Origin: an uncultured Gemmatimonadales bacterium
GTDB lineage: Bacteria; Gemmatimonadota; Gemmatimonadetes; Gemmatimonadales; GWC2-71-9
NCBI GenBank assembly: GCA_963821525.1
Contig: CAWGED010000019.1
Span: forward strand, 448,001 to 512,000
Direction of reading: 5' to 3'
DNA: 64,000 nt
Shown piece by piece: positions 45,651-55,860 of this stretch. A program made the position numbers and the translations under genes. Position 1 is the stretch's first letter, and every line of letters starts with the position of its first letter. The notes beneath the pieces are model-generated. The model worked only from the letters and a program-made list of their open reading frames with translations, was not told the DNA's origin and did no database searches.

Positions 45651-45785
45651 GGGATTGAAGATTGAAGATTTCAGATTGAAGATTTGATTGAAGATTTCAG
45701 ATTTCAGATTGAAGATTGATCTGGTCAATCTGATCTAAATCTGAAATCTTGACAATCTTCAATCTGAAATCTGCAATCTTCAATT
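45651..45785. repeat. Inverted heptamer tandem repeat (GATTGAA/GATTTCA)n ... (TTCAATC/TGAAATC)n
   Basis: About 10 units per arm in an AT-rich 135-bp hairpin between convergent uvrA and DAHP synthase genes. Confidence 0.92.
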
Positions 45786-46884
45786 GCCGCACCTTCCTCC
45801 GCCGCTGTCCTTGCCACCGCAGCGTCGCGTAGCTCTCGCGCAGCGCAGACTCGGTGGTGGGCCAATCGATGCACGCGTCGGTGATGGAGACACCGTAGCG
45901 CAGTCCCTCCTTGCCGTGCCCCAGCCGCTGGTTTCCTGCGTGGAGATGGCTCTCCAGCATCGCGCCCATGATGTTGCGGCTCCCGCCGGCTACCTGTTCC
46001 ACCACATTGCGAAGTACCGCGGGCTGACGGGTGTGATCCTTATTGGAGTTCCCGTGGCTGCAGTCCACCATCACCCGCGACGGCAAGCCTTGCTCGGCGC
46101 AGAGTGCCGCGGCCTGGATGACCGACGCCGCGTCGTAGTTGCTGTGCCCTCCCCCGCCCCGCAGCACGAGGTGGCGATCGAGATTACCCGTGGTATGGAC
46201 GATGGCAGATCGCCCATCGTCGTCCATGCCGAGGAAGGCGTGAGGCGTCGCGGCGGCGTGCATGCCGTCGAGCGCGGGTTGCAGGCTCCCGTCGGTCGCG
46301 TTCTTGAAGCCCACCGGCATCGAGAGGCCGCTCGCCATCTCACGATGAGTCTGCGACTGGACAGTGCGGGCACCGATGGCGGTCCAGGAGACCAGGTCGG
46401 CCATATACTGGGGCACGACTGGACCAAGCATCTCGGTAGCCACGGGCAGGCCGAGCTGGTTGACCTCGAGAAGCAGCTTCCTCGCGAGGCGGAGTCCGGT
46501 CTCCATGTCTCGCGTCCCGTCGAGGTGCGGGTCGTTGATCAGCCCCTTCCAGCCAACCGTAGTCCGAGGCTTCTCGAAATAGACTCGCATCAGGATCACC
46601 AGCGAGTCGCTCAACTCCTCACGTAGCGGAGCCAGGAGGCGGGCGTAATCGAGCGCGGCATCGATGTCGTGGATCGAGCAGGGCCCCACCACCATCAGGA
46701 GGCGAGGATCCTCTCCGGCCAGCACCGCTTGTACCTCGTGGCGGCTCCGGAGGACTACCTCGGCGACGCCGCGGGGCATCGGCAGTTCCTCGCGAATCGT
46801 CCGCGGAGATACCAGCGGATCGAGTCGCTCGATCCGGAGGTTGCTGGTCGGGGGAGTTAACGAACGGTCCTGAGCCATCGACAT
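45697..46884 (-). CDS. aroG: DAHP synthase, class I-alpha (AroG/F/H type)
   Basis: VGPCSIHD, RVYFEKPRTTVGWKG, AIGART, VGFKN, VDCSHGNS, SITDACIDW. Confidence 0.93.
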   Translation of the reverse strand: MSMAQDRSLTPPTSNLRIERLDPLVSPRTIREELPMPRGVAEVVLRSRHEVQAVLAGEDPRLLMVVGPCSIHDIDAALDYARLLAPLREELSDSLVILMRVYFEKPRTTVGWKGLINDPHLDGTRDMETGLRLARKLLLEVNQLGLPVATEMLGPVVPQYMADLVSWTAIGARTVQSQTHREMASGLSMPVGFKNATDGSLQPALDGMHAAATPHAFLGMDDDGRSAIVHTTGNLDRHLVLRGGGGHSNYDAASVIQAAALCAEQGLPSRVMVDCSHGNSNKDHTRQPAVLRNVVEQVAGGSRNIMGAMLESHLHAGNQRLGHGKEGLRYGVSITDACIDWPTTESALRESYATLRWQGQRRRKVRQLKIADFRLKIVKISDLDQIDQINLQSEI

Positions 46885-47013
46885 TCCTGAAGAGGACGTG
46901 ATCGTGTAGTATGCCCGGAGATCCGGGGTGACGCTAGGCTGCTGCCATGAAACGTCGCCCTTACGTCTGGTCGCCTATCATCTTGCACCGCATCAGTTTG
47001 CTTCACGTAAACC

Positions 47014-47922
47014 ATGCCCGAACTCCCCGATATCCTGCTTTACCAGCACAGCCTCGAGCAGCGGGTTCGGGGGCAAACGATCGAGCGCATTCGGCTGGCG
47101 TCTCCCTTCCTGCTCCGCAGCGTCGAACCGCCGATCAAGGAAGCCGAGGGCCGGAGAGTCCTCGGGATCGAGCGAGTCGGGAAGCGGCTAGTGTTTGCTC
47201 TGGAGGACGATTGGTTCCTGGTGCTGCACCTGATGATCGCGGGTCGCCTCAAGTGGCTCGACACTGGCGCGAAGCTGCCCGGACGAATCGGCCTGGCGGC
47301 GTTCGATTTCCCAACGGGAACCCTCGCACTCACCGAAGCAGGAAGTAAGCGACGGGCCTCCCTCCATGTGGTGATAGGCCGCGAGGCTCTCAAGGACTTC
47401 GGTCGCGGAGGGCTGGATGTGCTCTCGGCATCGCCCGCCGAATTTGCCGAGCGGCTCAGAAGACAAAGTCACACCCTCAAGCGAGCCCTGACCGATCCCA
47501 CAATCTTCGACGGAATCGGAAACGCCTATTCCGATGAGATCCTGCACCGGGCTCGGCTCTCTCCCTTTGTGCTGACCGGCCGGATCGAAGAAGACGAGAT
47601 TGGCCGGCTCTACCAAGCCAGTCGCGACACGCTGACCGAATGGATCAAGAGGTTGCAGCAGGAGGCGGGGGACCGGTGGCCGGAGAAGGTGACCGCCTTT
47701 CGAGAAGGCATGGCGGTCCACGGGCGCTATGGTAAGCCCTGCCCCGACTGCGGGACCCTGGTCCAGCGGATCAGGTACGCCGACAATGAGACCAACTATT
47801 GCCCGACGTGCCAGACAGAGGGACGGCTGCTGGCCGACCGGGCGTTGAGTCGCTTGTTAAAGGAGGACTGGCCGCGCTCGCTGGAGGAGCTGGACGAGCA
47901 CATCAAGGAGAGGCACTTCTAG
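47014..47922 (+). CDS. Fpg/Nei family DNA glycosylase
   Basis: N-terminal [23 protein letters not shown]-terminal CPDC..CPTCQ Zn finger. Confidence 0.93.
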   Translation: MPELPDILLYQHSLEQRVRGQTIERIRLASPFLLRSVEPPIKEAEGRRVLGIERVGKRLVFALEDDWFLVLHLMIAGRLKWLDTGAKLPGRIGLAAFDFPTGTLALTEAGSKRRASLHVVIGREALKDFGRGGLDVLSASPAEFAERLRRQSHTLKRALTDPTIFDGIGNAYSDEILHRARLSPFVLTGRIEEDEIGRLYQASRDTLTEWIKRLQQEAGDRWPEKVTAFREGMAVHGRYGKPCPDCGTLVQRIRYADNETNYCPTCQTEGRLLADRALSRLLKEDWPRSLEELDEHIKERHF

Positions 47923-47995
47923 CTCCCGAGGCAGGACTCGAACCTGCGACCCGCTGATTAACAGTCAGCTGCTCTACCAACTGAGCTACTCGGGA
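47923..47995 (-). tRNA. tRNA-Asn (GTT), CCA not encoded
   Basis: TCCCGAGTAGCTCAGTTGGTAGAGCAGCTGACTGTTAATCAGCGGGTCGCAGGTTCGAGTCCTGCCTCGGGAG folds as a cloverleaf. Confidence 0.97.
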
Positions 47996-48095
47996 AGGGC
48001 CAAGAGGATAAAACCCCCGACTTACCGGGGCAAGCTCCCGCAAAACGCTCTCCCCATTCCCCGCAACGGCTTTTGCGATAGTGCCTTAGTACTAC

Positions 48096-48141
48096 TGTGA
48101 GCATATACTCACACTTATTAGCTTGTGAGCAATCACTCACT
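48096..48141. promoter_or_regulatory. Tandem palindromic operator-like sites TGTGAG-N6-CTCAC(A/T)
   Basis: TGTGAGCATATACTCACA (48096-48113) and TGTGAGCAATCACTCACT (48124-48141) in a low-GC intergenic region. Confidence 0.5.
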
Positions 48142-48282
48142 CACAGAAGTGTGGCGACCCCTCCGCAACACGTGGCCGATTTTCCCTCGTTTTCTAGCCT
48201 GCTTGCGAACGCTAAGTCATTGTAGAAAAACCTGTTACGGTTCGGGACTGCCTTTTTTCACCTTGGCTCTTACCTTGTTCCA

Positions 48283-49342
48283 ATGCCTTTGCACCCCCTC
48301 TGGGGCCATGAAGAGCAGAGGGCCAGAGTAGGCCGCGCAGCCGCAGCGGGTCGGCTGCCTCAGTTCCTTCTTCTGACGGGTCCCGCCGGCGTAGGGAAGC
48401 AGCGCTTTGGGCTGTGGGTCGCGCAACTGCTGCTTTGCGAGAAAAAAAGAGTCGAGGAGCCCTGCGGTACCTGCAGGGGATGTCGCCAGGTTCTCGAGTT
48501 GAGTCATCCCGACCTGCACTGGATCATGCCGGTCAACCGGCCCAAGGCAGGCGAAGCCGGGAAGCAGGTCGAGGAGCTGGAAGACGCGCTGAACGAGACC
48601 CTGGCAGCTCGGCGCGAGAACCCGTTGTACGCGCCGCCAGGTGGGATGGCCGGGCACTTCATTTCAACCGCCCGCCTTCTCCAGCGCCGGGCGGTGCTGA
48701 CACCGGCTCAGGCAAGCCGGAAGGTCTTTCTGATAGCCGAGGCGGATCGCCTGGTGCCGCAGGAGTCCAGCCCGGAAGCGGCCAATGCACTGCTGAAATT
48801 GCTCGAGGAGCCGCCGGCGGATACCCAGTTCGTACTGACGGTGACTGACGCGAACCAGCTCCTGCCCACCATTCGATCCCGGGCGGTCGAGTTGAAACTG
48901 AGCCGGCTGTCGCGGCAGCTGGTCGAGCAGTTCCTGGAAAAGTTTGGACCCAAGCTTTCTCCCGAGGCGTTTCGGATCAGGGCGCAGCGGTCGAACGGGG
49001 TGATCGGCCAGGCGCTGGGAGACGGAGATCAGATGGCGGCGGGCGCGCCGCAGCGCCGAGGAGATTCTCGAGGTGGTGAAGGGCGGCGTCGGACAACGAG
49101 CGGAGCGCGCGTTGAAACAGGGGGCCTGGGCGGCCCGGGGCGATTTCTCCGCGACCCTCGAGGCGCTGGCGGAGGTGCTGGCGGACCGGGCTCGAAAGGC
49201 CGCGGCGGGTGGAACGAGAGAGTTAGCCGGATTGGTGCGAGCGCAGGAGCGAGTGCAGGCGGCACGCGAAGCCGCTCAGGGCAACGTCAACCCGCAGCTC
49301 GTGCTGGCCGCACTGCAGAATGAATTGGCGGAGGCGCTCTGA
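48283..49342 (+). CDS. holB: DNA polymerase III delta' subunit; frameshift ~49040
   Basis: [46 protein letters not shown]-terminal NVNPQL in ORF 49073..49342. Confidence 0.9.
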
Positions 49343-49815
49343 TGCTGAGTCACGTGGATGAGCGCGGACGGGCGAGAATGGTTGACGTGGCCGGGAAGCC
49401 GGAGACGGCCCGGAGCGCCACGGCGGAAGGGTCCGTCAGGATGTCGCGTGAAGCCTTCGAGATGGTACGGGACCAGGCAGTGGCAAAAGGCGACGTGCTG
49501 GGGATCGCGGAGGTGGCGGGGGTAATGGCGGCAAAGCGGACCGGTGAGCTGATCCCGCTCTGTCATCCGCTCCCCCTCGACGTCGTAACCGTAGAAGCGG
49601 TACCGGACGAGGGACTACCGGGTATAAGGATCTCGGCGACGGCTCGGGCGACAGGCCGGACCGGAGTCGAAATGGAGGCGTTGACCGCCGTCTCGGTCGC
49701 CTGCCTGACCGTTTATGACATGGTCAAGGCGGTAGACCGATCGATGGAGATCGGAGAGGTCCGCCTGCTGGAAAAGACCGGGGGAAGCCGGGGAGACTGG
49801 CGCCGGCCCGCTTGA
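49342..49815 (+). CDS. moaC: Cyclic pyranopterin monophosphate synthase
   Basis: [42 protein letters not shown]. Confidence 0.97.
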   Translation: MLSHVDERGRARMVDVAGKPETARSATAEGSVRMSREAFEMVRDQAVAKGDVLGIAEVAGVMAAKRTGELIPLCHPLPLDVVTVEAVPDEGLPGIRISATARATGRTGVEMEALTAVSVACLTVYDMVKAVDRSMEIGEVRLLEKTGGSRGDWRRPA

Positions 49816-49856
49816 ACGGGGCAGCACGCCGGATTCACCATAGGAGGAGAGGAAGC

Positions 49857-50546
49857 ATGTCAACTGACCAAGTCGAGCCGAACAGTCGATCACGCTGGAT
49901 CCGGGCCCTGCTGGTTCGGGCCGGAGCGCTGCTCGCCTGTGCGCTGCTGGTAAGCGGACTGGCCGGATCGACCGCGCGGGTGCGGGCATCCGATGAAGCG
50001 GTTCTGCCCAGCCCAAAGGAAGTGGGGGATGAGTTCCGTACCATGTCGCACCGGCTGGAAGCGGCCGAGGGCGAGTTGGCACTGGCCCGGGTCCAGATCG
50101 AGCGGGCGAACGCGGTGTTCAAGTATTCCAGCCACTATCAGATTCCGGCCGATCTGACCGCGTCGATCTATGACATCGCGCTCAGCGAAGGAATCGAGCC
50201 CGAAGTCGGTTTCCGCCTGGTTCAGATCGAAAGCAACTTCAAGCTCAAGGCATTGAGCTATGCAGGTGCTGTCGGCTATACCCAGATCCAGCCGGCCACG
50301 GCGAAGTTCTATGAGCCGGGCTTGACCGAAGAGCAACTCTACAGCTCCGACGTGAACTTGCGCCTCGGCTTCCGGTTCCTGAAGGACTTGCTCAACAAGT
50401 ACGACCAGGATTGGGAATTGGCATTGCTGGCCTACAATCGCGGACCGGCCCGGGTCGAGGCGATTCTCCAGCAGGGTGGAGATCCGCACAACGGCTATTC
50501 CGACGCGGTGCTGCGCGGGACCTCCCGTGAAGTGAAGCAGCAGTAA
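49857..50546 (+). CDS. SLT-domain lytic transglycosylase
   Basis: QIESNF, GAVGYTQI, ALLAYNRG; N-terminal TM/signal; strong SD AGGAGG. Confidence 0.88.
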   Translation: MSTDQVEPNSRSRWIRALLVRAGALLACALLVSGLAGSTARVRASDEAVLPSPKEVGDEFRTMSHRLEAAEGELALARVQIERANAVFKYSSHYQIPADLTASIYDIALSEGIEPEVGFRLVQIESNFKLKALSYAGAVGYTQIQPATAKFYEPGLTEEQLYSSDVNLRLGFRFLKDLLNKYDQDWELALLAYNRGPARVEAILQQGGDPHNGYSDAVLRGTSREVKQQ

Positions 50547-50564
50547 GTCGAGCAGGACGAAATC

Positions 50565-50594
50565 GAACGGGGGCGCCAGATGGCGCCCCCGTTC
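50565..50594. terminator. Intrinsic terminator hairpin between convergent genes
   Basis: GAACGGGGGCGCCA-GA-TGGCGCCCCCGTTC followed by TGTTT. Confidence 0.8.
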
Positions 50595-50615
50595 TGTTTC
50601 CTGGAATCCGTCGGC

Positions 50616-52364
50616 TCAGTTCGGAATGTTGAGCTTCTCGCCGGCCTTCAGCACCGAGCCACTGTCGATTCCATTCGCATTACGCAGCGCGGTCATTGTG
50701 ACGCCGTAGTGCTGAGCGATGCCCGAGAGGGTTTCCCCCCGGCGCACAACGTGGGTGCGTGAGCCGGAACCGGAAGAGGCAGTCGAGCTGGCCTTGGCAG
50801 GAGCCGCGTTGCCCGGACCCTTCACCCGGATCCGCTGACCCGCCTTGAGTCCGGCGGTGCTGGACAGGCCATTCCAATCCCGCAGCTGCGCCACGGAGAC
50901 GTTGAACTTCTGTCCGATGGTCCAGAGCGACTCGCCGGAGCGGACAGTATACATCCCGCTGGAGGAGACCGTCGTGGCCGAGGACGAGCGGGTGGTTTCG
51001 GTGCTGGGCAGCCTGGCCCCGCTGGTCGGGACGACGATGCGGGTCCCGGCCCGAAGTGATTTGGCCTTCACGCCCGGATTGGCAGCCGTGATTGTCGCGG
51101 TGGAAACCCCGTAGATCTTGGCGATGCCACCGAGAGTCTGCCCTCTGGTCACCACGTGCTCGACGAAGGTAATCCGATCCTTCGCCGGCATTGCCGCGTA
51201 GAGGACGCTCACCGTGTCTCCCTTGCCGAGCGGCAGGCGGACGACCGACGTCGAACGGGGCGGAGTCACGCCGCGTAGGTATTGGGGATTCAGCTCCCGA
51301 ATCGCCGCGGTGGTGGTATCGGCCAACCGGGCGATGACGTCGAGGCCGGTGGCATCAGGGACGATGACGGAGTCCAGCTGGAGCGCGTCGATCCCTTCGA
51401 GCCTGGGGAAGCCGTATTTCTCCGGCTGCTTGGCGATGAGCGCCGCAGCGATCAGCTTCGGAACGTAGTCCTTGGTTTCCCGTCTCAGGAAGCGCGTGTC
51501 GTAGAGGCGGAAGAAATCGGCGTCCGGATTATCCTCTTCCTCTTCGTCGTCACCCAGGCGCTTGAGCCCGCGACCAACCTTGCCGGCTCCGGCGTTGTAG
51601 GCCGCGGCGGCGAGATACATCGAGCCGAATCGATCGCGCAGATCCGCGAGGTGGCGGGCGGCGGCGTCGGTCGAGCGGAAGGGATCCCGCCGTTCGTCCA
51701 CCCAGGAATCGATCCGCAAGCCGTACAGCTTTCCGGTGCCCTTCATGAACTGCCACATCCCGGTCGCCCGGGAGCGGCTTACCGCGGAGTTGGAGAACCC
51801 GCTCTCGATGAGGGCGAGATAGACCATGTCTTCCGGAACGCCATGCTCCCGCAGCTTGTCCCGGATCATCATTTCATAACGGGGCATGCGGGTGAGCCAA
51901 ACCGCCATACGCTCGCGCGCGGTGCCCTGGAAGAAATCGAGGTAGTACTGGACCCGGGTGTGTGAGTTGTAGGTCTCGACGTCGATGTCCCAGGTGACCG
52001 CATTCTCCAGCTCGTTGGCACCACCGTGGCTTCCGGCCTCACCGGTAGCGCCGACGCTCGAGTCGCCAGTGTCGGGAGAAGCCGCGGCCAGTGCCTCCAG
52101 CATGTTCACGTCGGCCGCGGAATCGGCGGACAGGCGTTCCACGACTGAATCGGGCAAGGACGCCGCGGCGGCGGAGTCCGCGAGATGAGGCGGGATCGTG
52201 GTCGTGTCGCGGTTCGCCGAAGCAGTATCCTTCGCGACGGCAACCGGCGCCGAAGGCGCTGGGTGACGCGAAGTCTGCTTCGGCGTGACCGGCGCGGGCG
52301 ACTTGCCACCCGAGCAGGCGAACAGACACACAGCGGTGCAAACCAGGCCGAGTCTTATGCTCAC
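50616..52364 (-). CDS. mltD: MltD-like lytic transglycosylase lipoprotein with LysM repeats
   Basis: Lipobox LFAC; LIESGF, ATGMWQFM, DERRDP, AYNAG, ETKDYVPK; three clear C-terminal LysM domains. Confidence 0.9.
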   Translation of the reverse strand: MSIRLGLVCTAVCLFACSGGKSPAPVTPKQTSRHPAPSAPVAVAKDTASANRDTTTIPPHLADSAAAASLPDSVVERLSADSAADVNMLEALAAASPDTGDSSVGATGEAGSHGGANELENAVTWDIDVETYNSHTRVQYYLDFFQGTARERMAVWLTRMPRYEMMIRDKLREHGVPEDMVYLALIESGFSNSAVSRSRATGMWQFMKGTGKLYGLRIDSWVDERRDPFRSTDAAARHLADLRDRFGSMYLAAAAYNAGAGKVGRGLKRLGDDEEEEDNPDADFFRLYDTRFLRRETKDYVPKLIAAALIAKQPEKYGFPRLEGIDALQLDSVIVPDATGLDVIARLADTTTAAIRELNPQYLRGVTPPRSTSVVRLPLGKGDTVSVLYAAMPAKDRITFVEHVVTRGQTLGGIAKIYGVSTATITAANPGVKAKSLRAGTRIVVPTSGARLPSTETTRSSSATTVSSSGMYTVRSGESLWTIGQKFNVSVAQLRDWNGLSSTAGLKAGQRIRVKGPGNAAPAKASSTASSGSGSRTHVVRRGETLSGIAQHYGVTMTALRNANGIDSGSVLKAGEKLNIPN

Positions 52365-52591
52365 TGTCCTGCCTTTCGATCTGACTGAAAATCACATGAA
52401 CTAATCGAGAGAATACGTCCCGGCAGCCACAGATGTTACTGGCTGGTTCCCAGCTTGAATGCCGCTTGGTGGGAATTCCCTCTGCAAATTTTCTGCGCGT
52501 CGGACTCTACTACAGCTCTTTTTCGGCGAATGTTCGGCACTCATTCGGCCCGTCGCGAAATGAGGCAGGGCCGTGCTTTTCTCTAGGCTGC

Positions 52592-53005
52592 TCAGCGCAT
52601 GAACAAGCGGTTGCCAAGCACCCGGTTAGTGGCATTCAGAACGGCCAGGGCGGCGCCTCGCGGCGTGTCTTCCTCGGTAAGAAAACAGCCCACCAGGCGG
52701 GGACCTTCCCGTTCCGTCGGGATGGAGAGCGAAACGATCACCACATTCGCGTCGAAGGCCCGGACCGCTTTCACTCCCAGCAATTCGAACTTGATGGCCC
52801 CCTGGACCGCCTTCGTCAGAGCCATAACGCAAGCCTGGGCGGCACAACGCAACTCGCCCGCCTGGGATGTCAGGCCTTCGGCCTCCGCGGTGTAATCCTC
52901 CGAGTCACGCAATTGGAGGGTGACCCGGGCACGACAGCGCCCGTTGGGCAGCCGGTCGAGCAGGAAGTCGGTAAACCGCAGTCGATCAGGGGCGGCAACG
53001 GGCAT
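52592..53005 (-). CDS. Hypothetical protein
   Basis: 137-aa ORF with natural composition, ending GAALAVLNATNR. Confidence 0.65.
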   Translation of the reverse strand: MPVAAPDRLRFTDFLLDRLPNGRCRARVTLQLRDSEDYTAEAEGLTSQAGELRCAAQACVMALTKAVQGAIKFELLGVKAVRAFDANVVIVSLSIPTEREGPRLVGCFLTEEDTPRGAALAVLNATNRVLGNRLFMR

Positions 53006-53057
53006 GGTGTTCCGAGTCAGTTGGCGCAGAGGCGCGGGTTTAGGATACCTTACGCCA

Positions 53058-53951
53058 ATGCGAAACCCATGCCTCGTAGCCCTGCTCCTCGGAGCGGTGG
53101 CTAGCCCCGCCCGGGCCCAGGACCCGGGCTCTCTTCGGGCCGCCCTGTCATCGCGGATCGGGCAGGATACCGCGGTCGTCGGGCTCAGCTTCCTGGACCC
53201 AGCCCGGGGTGATTCCCTCGATATCCAGGGGGGGCTCCGATTTCACGCCGCCAGTACGATGAAGGTTCCCGTCCTCATCGAGCTGGGCCGCCGGGTCGAC
53301 GCGGGTGAGCTGAAATGGGACGACAGCCTCCTGGTCCACAACGAGTTCCGGTCGCTGGTGGACGGCTCGACCTATGTGCTGGACCTGAAGGACGATTCCG
53401 ATTCCAGCATGTACACCCATGAGGGACAGCGCCTGCCGATCCGGGAACTCGCCAGCATCATGATTACCCGCAGCAGCAACCTGGCGACCAACCTGTTGAT
53501 CACCCGGCTGGACCCCAAGCGAGTGGACGCGACCGCCCACAAGCTTGGCGCCGACTCGATACACGTACTGCGTGGCGTCGAGGACGGCAAGGCCTACGCT
53601 CTGGGAATGAACAACACCACCACCGCACGGGATCTGGCGGTGCTGCTGCGCGCGCTGGCCAAGGGTACCGCCGCCTCTCCCGCGAGCACTCGGGTGATGC
53701 TCGACATGCTGCTGGGCCAGGAATTCAACGACGGGATCCCGGCGGGACTGCCGCCCGGGGTGAAAGTCGCTCACAAGACCGGCGAGATCACCGCCCTCCT
53801 GCACGACGCGGCGATCATCTTTCCGCCAGGCCGAGAGCCGTATGTACTGGTGATCCTCACTCGAGGGCTGCCGGAACACGACAGCCTGGCGAAGCTGCAG
53901 GCTGATCTATCGCGGGTGGTTTACGACTGGGCGACGCGCCCGGCTTCCTAG
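53058..53951 (+). CDS. Class A beta-lactamase-like serine hydrolase, exported
   Basis: AASTMK (SxxK), SSN (SxN), HKTG; signal peptide. Confidence 0.9.
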   Translation: MRNPCLVALLLGAVASPARAQDPGSLRAALSSRIGQDTAVVGLSFLDPARGDSLDIQGGLRFHAASTMKVPVLIELGRRVDAGELKWDDSLLVHNEFRSLVDGSTYVLDLKDDSDSSMYTHEGQRLPIRELASIMITRSSNLATNLLITRLDPKRVDATAHKLGADSIHVLRGVEDGKAYALGMNNTTTARDLAVLLRALAKGTAASPASTRVMLDMLLGQEFNDGIPAGLPPGVKVAHKTGEITALLHDAAIIFPPGREPYVLVILTRGLPEHDSLAKLQADLSRVVYDWATRPAS

Positions 53952-54187
53952 CCGAGGCGTTCGTTCAACGCATCAGTGAGCTTCTCGGAGGTCATCCTGT
54001 CGGCCTTGGCAAACAGGTCGCTTGGAGATGGGGCCTCGAGAGTGGTCTGAGCCCAGATCGATTTGTGCCTTGGGGTATTCGGACGAAACGCCAGAACCAA
54101 TCGCCAGGCAGAACTCCGCTGAGTCTTTTCGGCCACCGGTGAAACGTTCCAGTGCGTACCACCTACGGTAATTTCTCGCCACGCCAT
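53948..54187 (-). CDS. Small hypothetical protein
   Basis: 79-aa ORF MAWREITVGGTHWNV...; convergent 4-bp overlap with the serine hydrolase stop. Confidence 0.55.
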   Translation of the reverse strand: MAWREITVGGTHWNVSPVAEKTQRSSAWRLVLAFRPNTPRHKSIWAQTTLEAPSPSDLFAKADRMTSEKLTDALNERLG

Positions 54188-54297
54188 ATCGTTGCCTGAG
54201 AGCTGGGTTTGCGACGGGCGCTGAATGTGGAGCGCGCCCTGCCTCGGGTCAAGAGACCCAAGTCACTATTAAGGAAGTCGCTTGCCCAGCTCTACGG

Positions 54298-55152
54298 TCA
54301 GGCGCGGGTGTACTGGCGGAATCTCGCCATGAGATCCCGGGTGACGGGCCCGGCCTTCCCCGCTCCGACCGTACGCCCGTCAACCATGCGGATCGGTGCT
54401 ATCTCCGCCGCGGTACCGGTAAAGAAGGCTTCGTCGGCGGTGTAAAGATCGTAGCGATTGATGATGGTCTCGACGACGCGGTGTCCCGCCTCGGTCGCAA
54501 TCTCGATGACGACGTCCCGAGTCACACCCTTGAGAATCCCGGACCACACAGCCGGAGTGTAGAGCAGGTCCTCCTTAACCACGAAGAGGTTCATCCCGGA
54601 CGCCTCGGCGACATGCCCGGCGCTGTCCAGCATGATGACCTCGTCGGCGTTGGCGGTGGTCCCCTCGACCTTGGCCAGGATGTGGCAGAGATAGTTGAGC
54701 GACTTTACCCGCGGGGAGATCGACTCGCGATGTGGAATCGGGGTCCCGGCGGTGATGACAGAGAGCCCGGCCTCGTAGCGCTCGGCAGGCCAGAGGCTAA
54801 TGGTGTCGAAGATGATGATGACGGAAGCTCGCGGACATTTCCGCGGATCGAGACCCAGATCCCCGACGCCGCGGGTAACCACATGGCGGAGGTACGCTTC
54901 CTTTATACCGGACCGCCGGACACCTTCTTCGGTCACCGCCATCATCTCATCTTTGGAGATGGGCACTTCGAGCAGGATGGCCTTGGCCGAATCGTACAGC
55001 CGATCGACGTGCTGTTTCAGCTTGAAGGTCTTGCCGCCGTAGACCCGCATGCCCTCGAACACACCGTCACCGTACAGCAGCCCGTGGTCGAAGACGGAGA
55101 TTTTGGCGTTATTGCGATCGTACCACTGGCCGTCAATGTAGATGACAGTCAC
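54298..55152 (-). CDS. ilvE: Branched-chain amino acid aminotransferase
   Basis: DHGLLYGDGVFEG, KSLNY, EASGMNLF, LKGVTR, ADEAFFTGTAAE. Confidence 0.95.
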   Translation of the reverse strand: MTVIYIDGQWYDRNNAKISVFDHGLLYGDGVFEGMRVYGGKTFKLKQHVDRLYDSAKAILLEVPISKDEMMAVTEEGVRRSGIKEAYLRHVVTRGVGDLGLDPRKCPRASVIIIFDTISLWPAERYEAGLSVITAGTPIPHRESISPRVKSLNYLCHILAKVEGTTANADEVIMLDSAGHVAEASGMNLFVVKEDLLYTPAVWSGILKGVTRDVVIEIATEAGHRVVETIINRYDLYTADEAFFTGTAAEIAPIRMVDGRTVGAGKAGPVTRDLMARFRQYTRA

Positions 55153-55282
55153 TCGAAATCCTCACCGAAAGCAGCTGATCCTGGGCTCACACCGGCGGGG
55201 AATGTCGCAGGGGGCAGCGGCAGATGGAAGGGGTGGTTTGCCGCCTCCAACCCTCACAGCGATATTAGCGGAAGCGGAGCGA

Positions 55283-55355
55283 TGAGGGCGGTGGGAATCG
55301 AACCCACGACCTAGAGATTAAAAGTCTCTTGCTCTACCAATTGAGCTACGCCCTC
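55283..55355 (-). tRNA. tRNA-Lys (TTT), CCA not encoded
   Basis: GAGGGCGTAGCTCAATTGGTAGAGCAAGAGACTTTTAATCTCTAGGTCGTGGGTTCGATTCCCACCGCCCTCA. Confidence 0.97.
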
Positions 55356-55413
55356 GGCCGACCAAACGTGGGCGCCCCGCGAAAGAAACTCAAGGCCTCA
55401 CCTGGAGGTTACG

Positions 55414-55809
55414 ATGGCTCCTCGCCTGGCGCTGTTGCTGAGCGCGCTCGCGCTAGTGCCCGGCGCGATCCGGGCGCAGGATACGCCGAAGCCGTCGGAT
55501 GACCGGTGGCAGATCGGACTGGAGAACGGGCAGTACATCTGGGACATCCGGCTGGTGCGCCTGCAGGGCGACACGCTGGTGTTTCGCCAGGCCGATACGC
55601 TGGGGACCGTGAGCGTGCAGCAGATCGGCGAGCTGCGGCTGATCCAGAAGTCCACCATGCGGATCGGTCAGGGCGCCGCAGCCGGCGGAGCGATCAGCGC
55701 GCTCACCGGCTCGGACGACGAGGTGTACGATCTGCTCACCCTCGACTACCCGGCACGGATTCGCTCGATCCAACAGATCCTCCTGCTCCACCCACCACCC
55801 TCACCGTAA
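55414..55809 (+). CDS. Exported hypothetical protein
   Basis: Signal peptide (A-I-R-A|Q); SD GGAGG upstream. Confidence 0.65.
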   Translation: MAPRLALLLSALALVPGAIRAQDTPKPSDDRWQIGLENGQYIWDIRLVRLQGDTLVFRQADTLGTVSVQQIGELRLIQKSTMRIGQGAAAGGAISALTGSDDEVYDLLTLDYPARIRSIQQILLLHPPPSP

Positions 55810-55860
55810 CCCGAGGCCGGTGACCTGCATCCCGCACACCTCACGACTCGAGGCGCCGTA

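Noticed and set aside
53058..53951. Acquired antibiotic-resistance beta-lactamase
   Set aside because: Housekeeping context, host-like composition and divergent sequence; better called a class A-like serine hydrolase
47923..55355. Island integrated at tRNA-Asn or tRNA-Lys
   Set aside because: No duplicated tRNA 3' end or integrase seen; genes at the tRNA 3' sides (fpg, ilvE) are housekeeping
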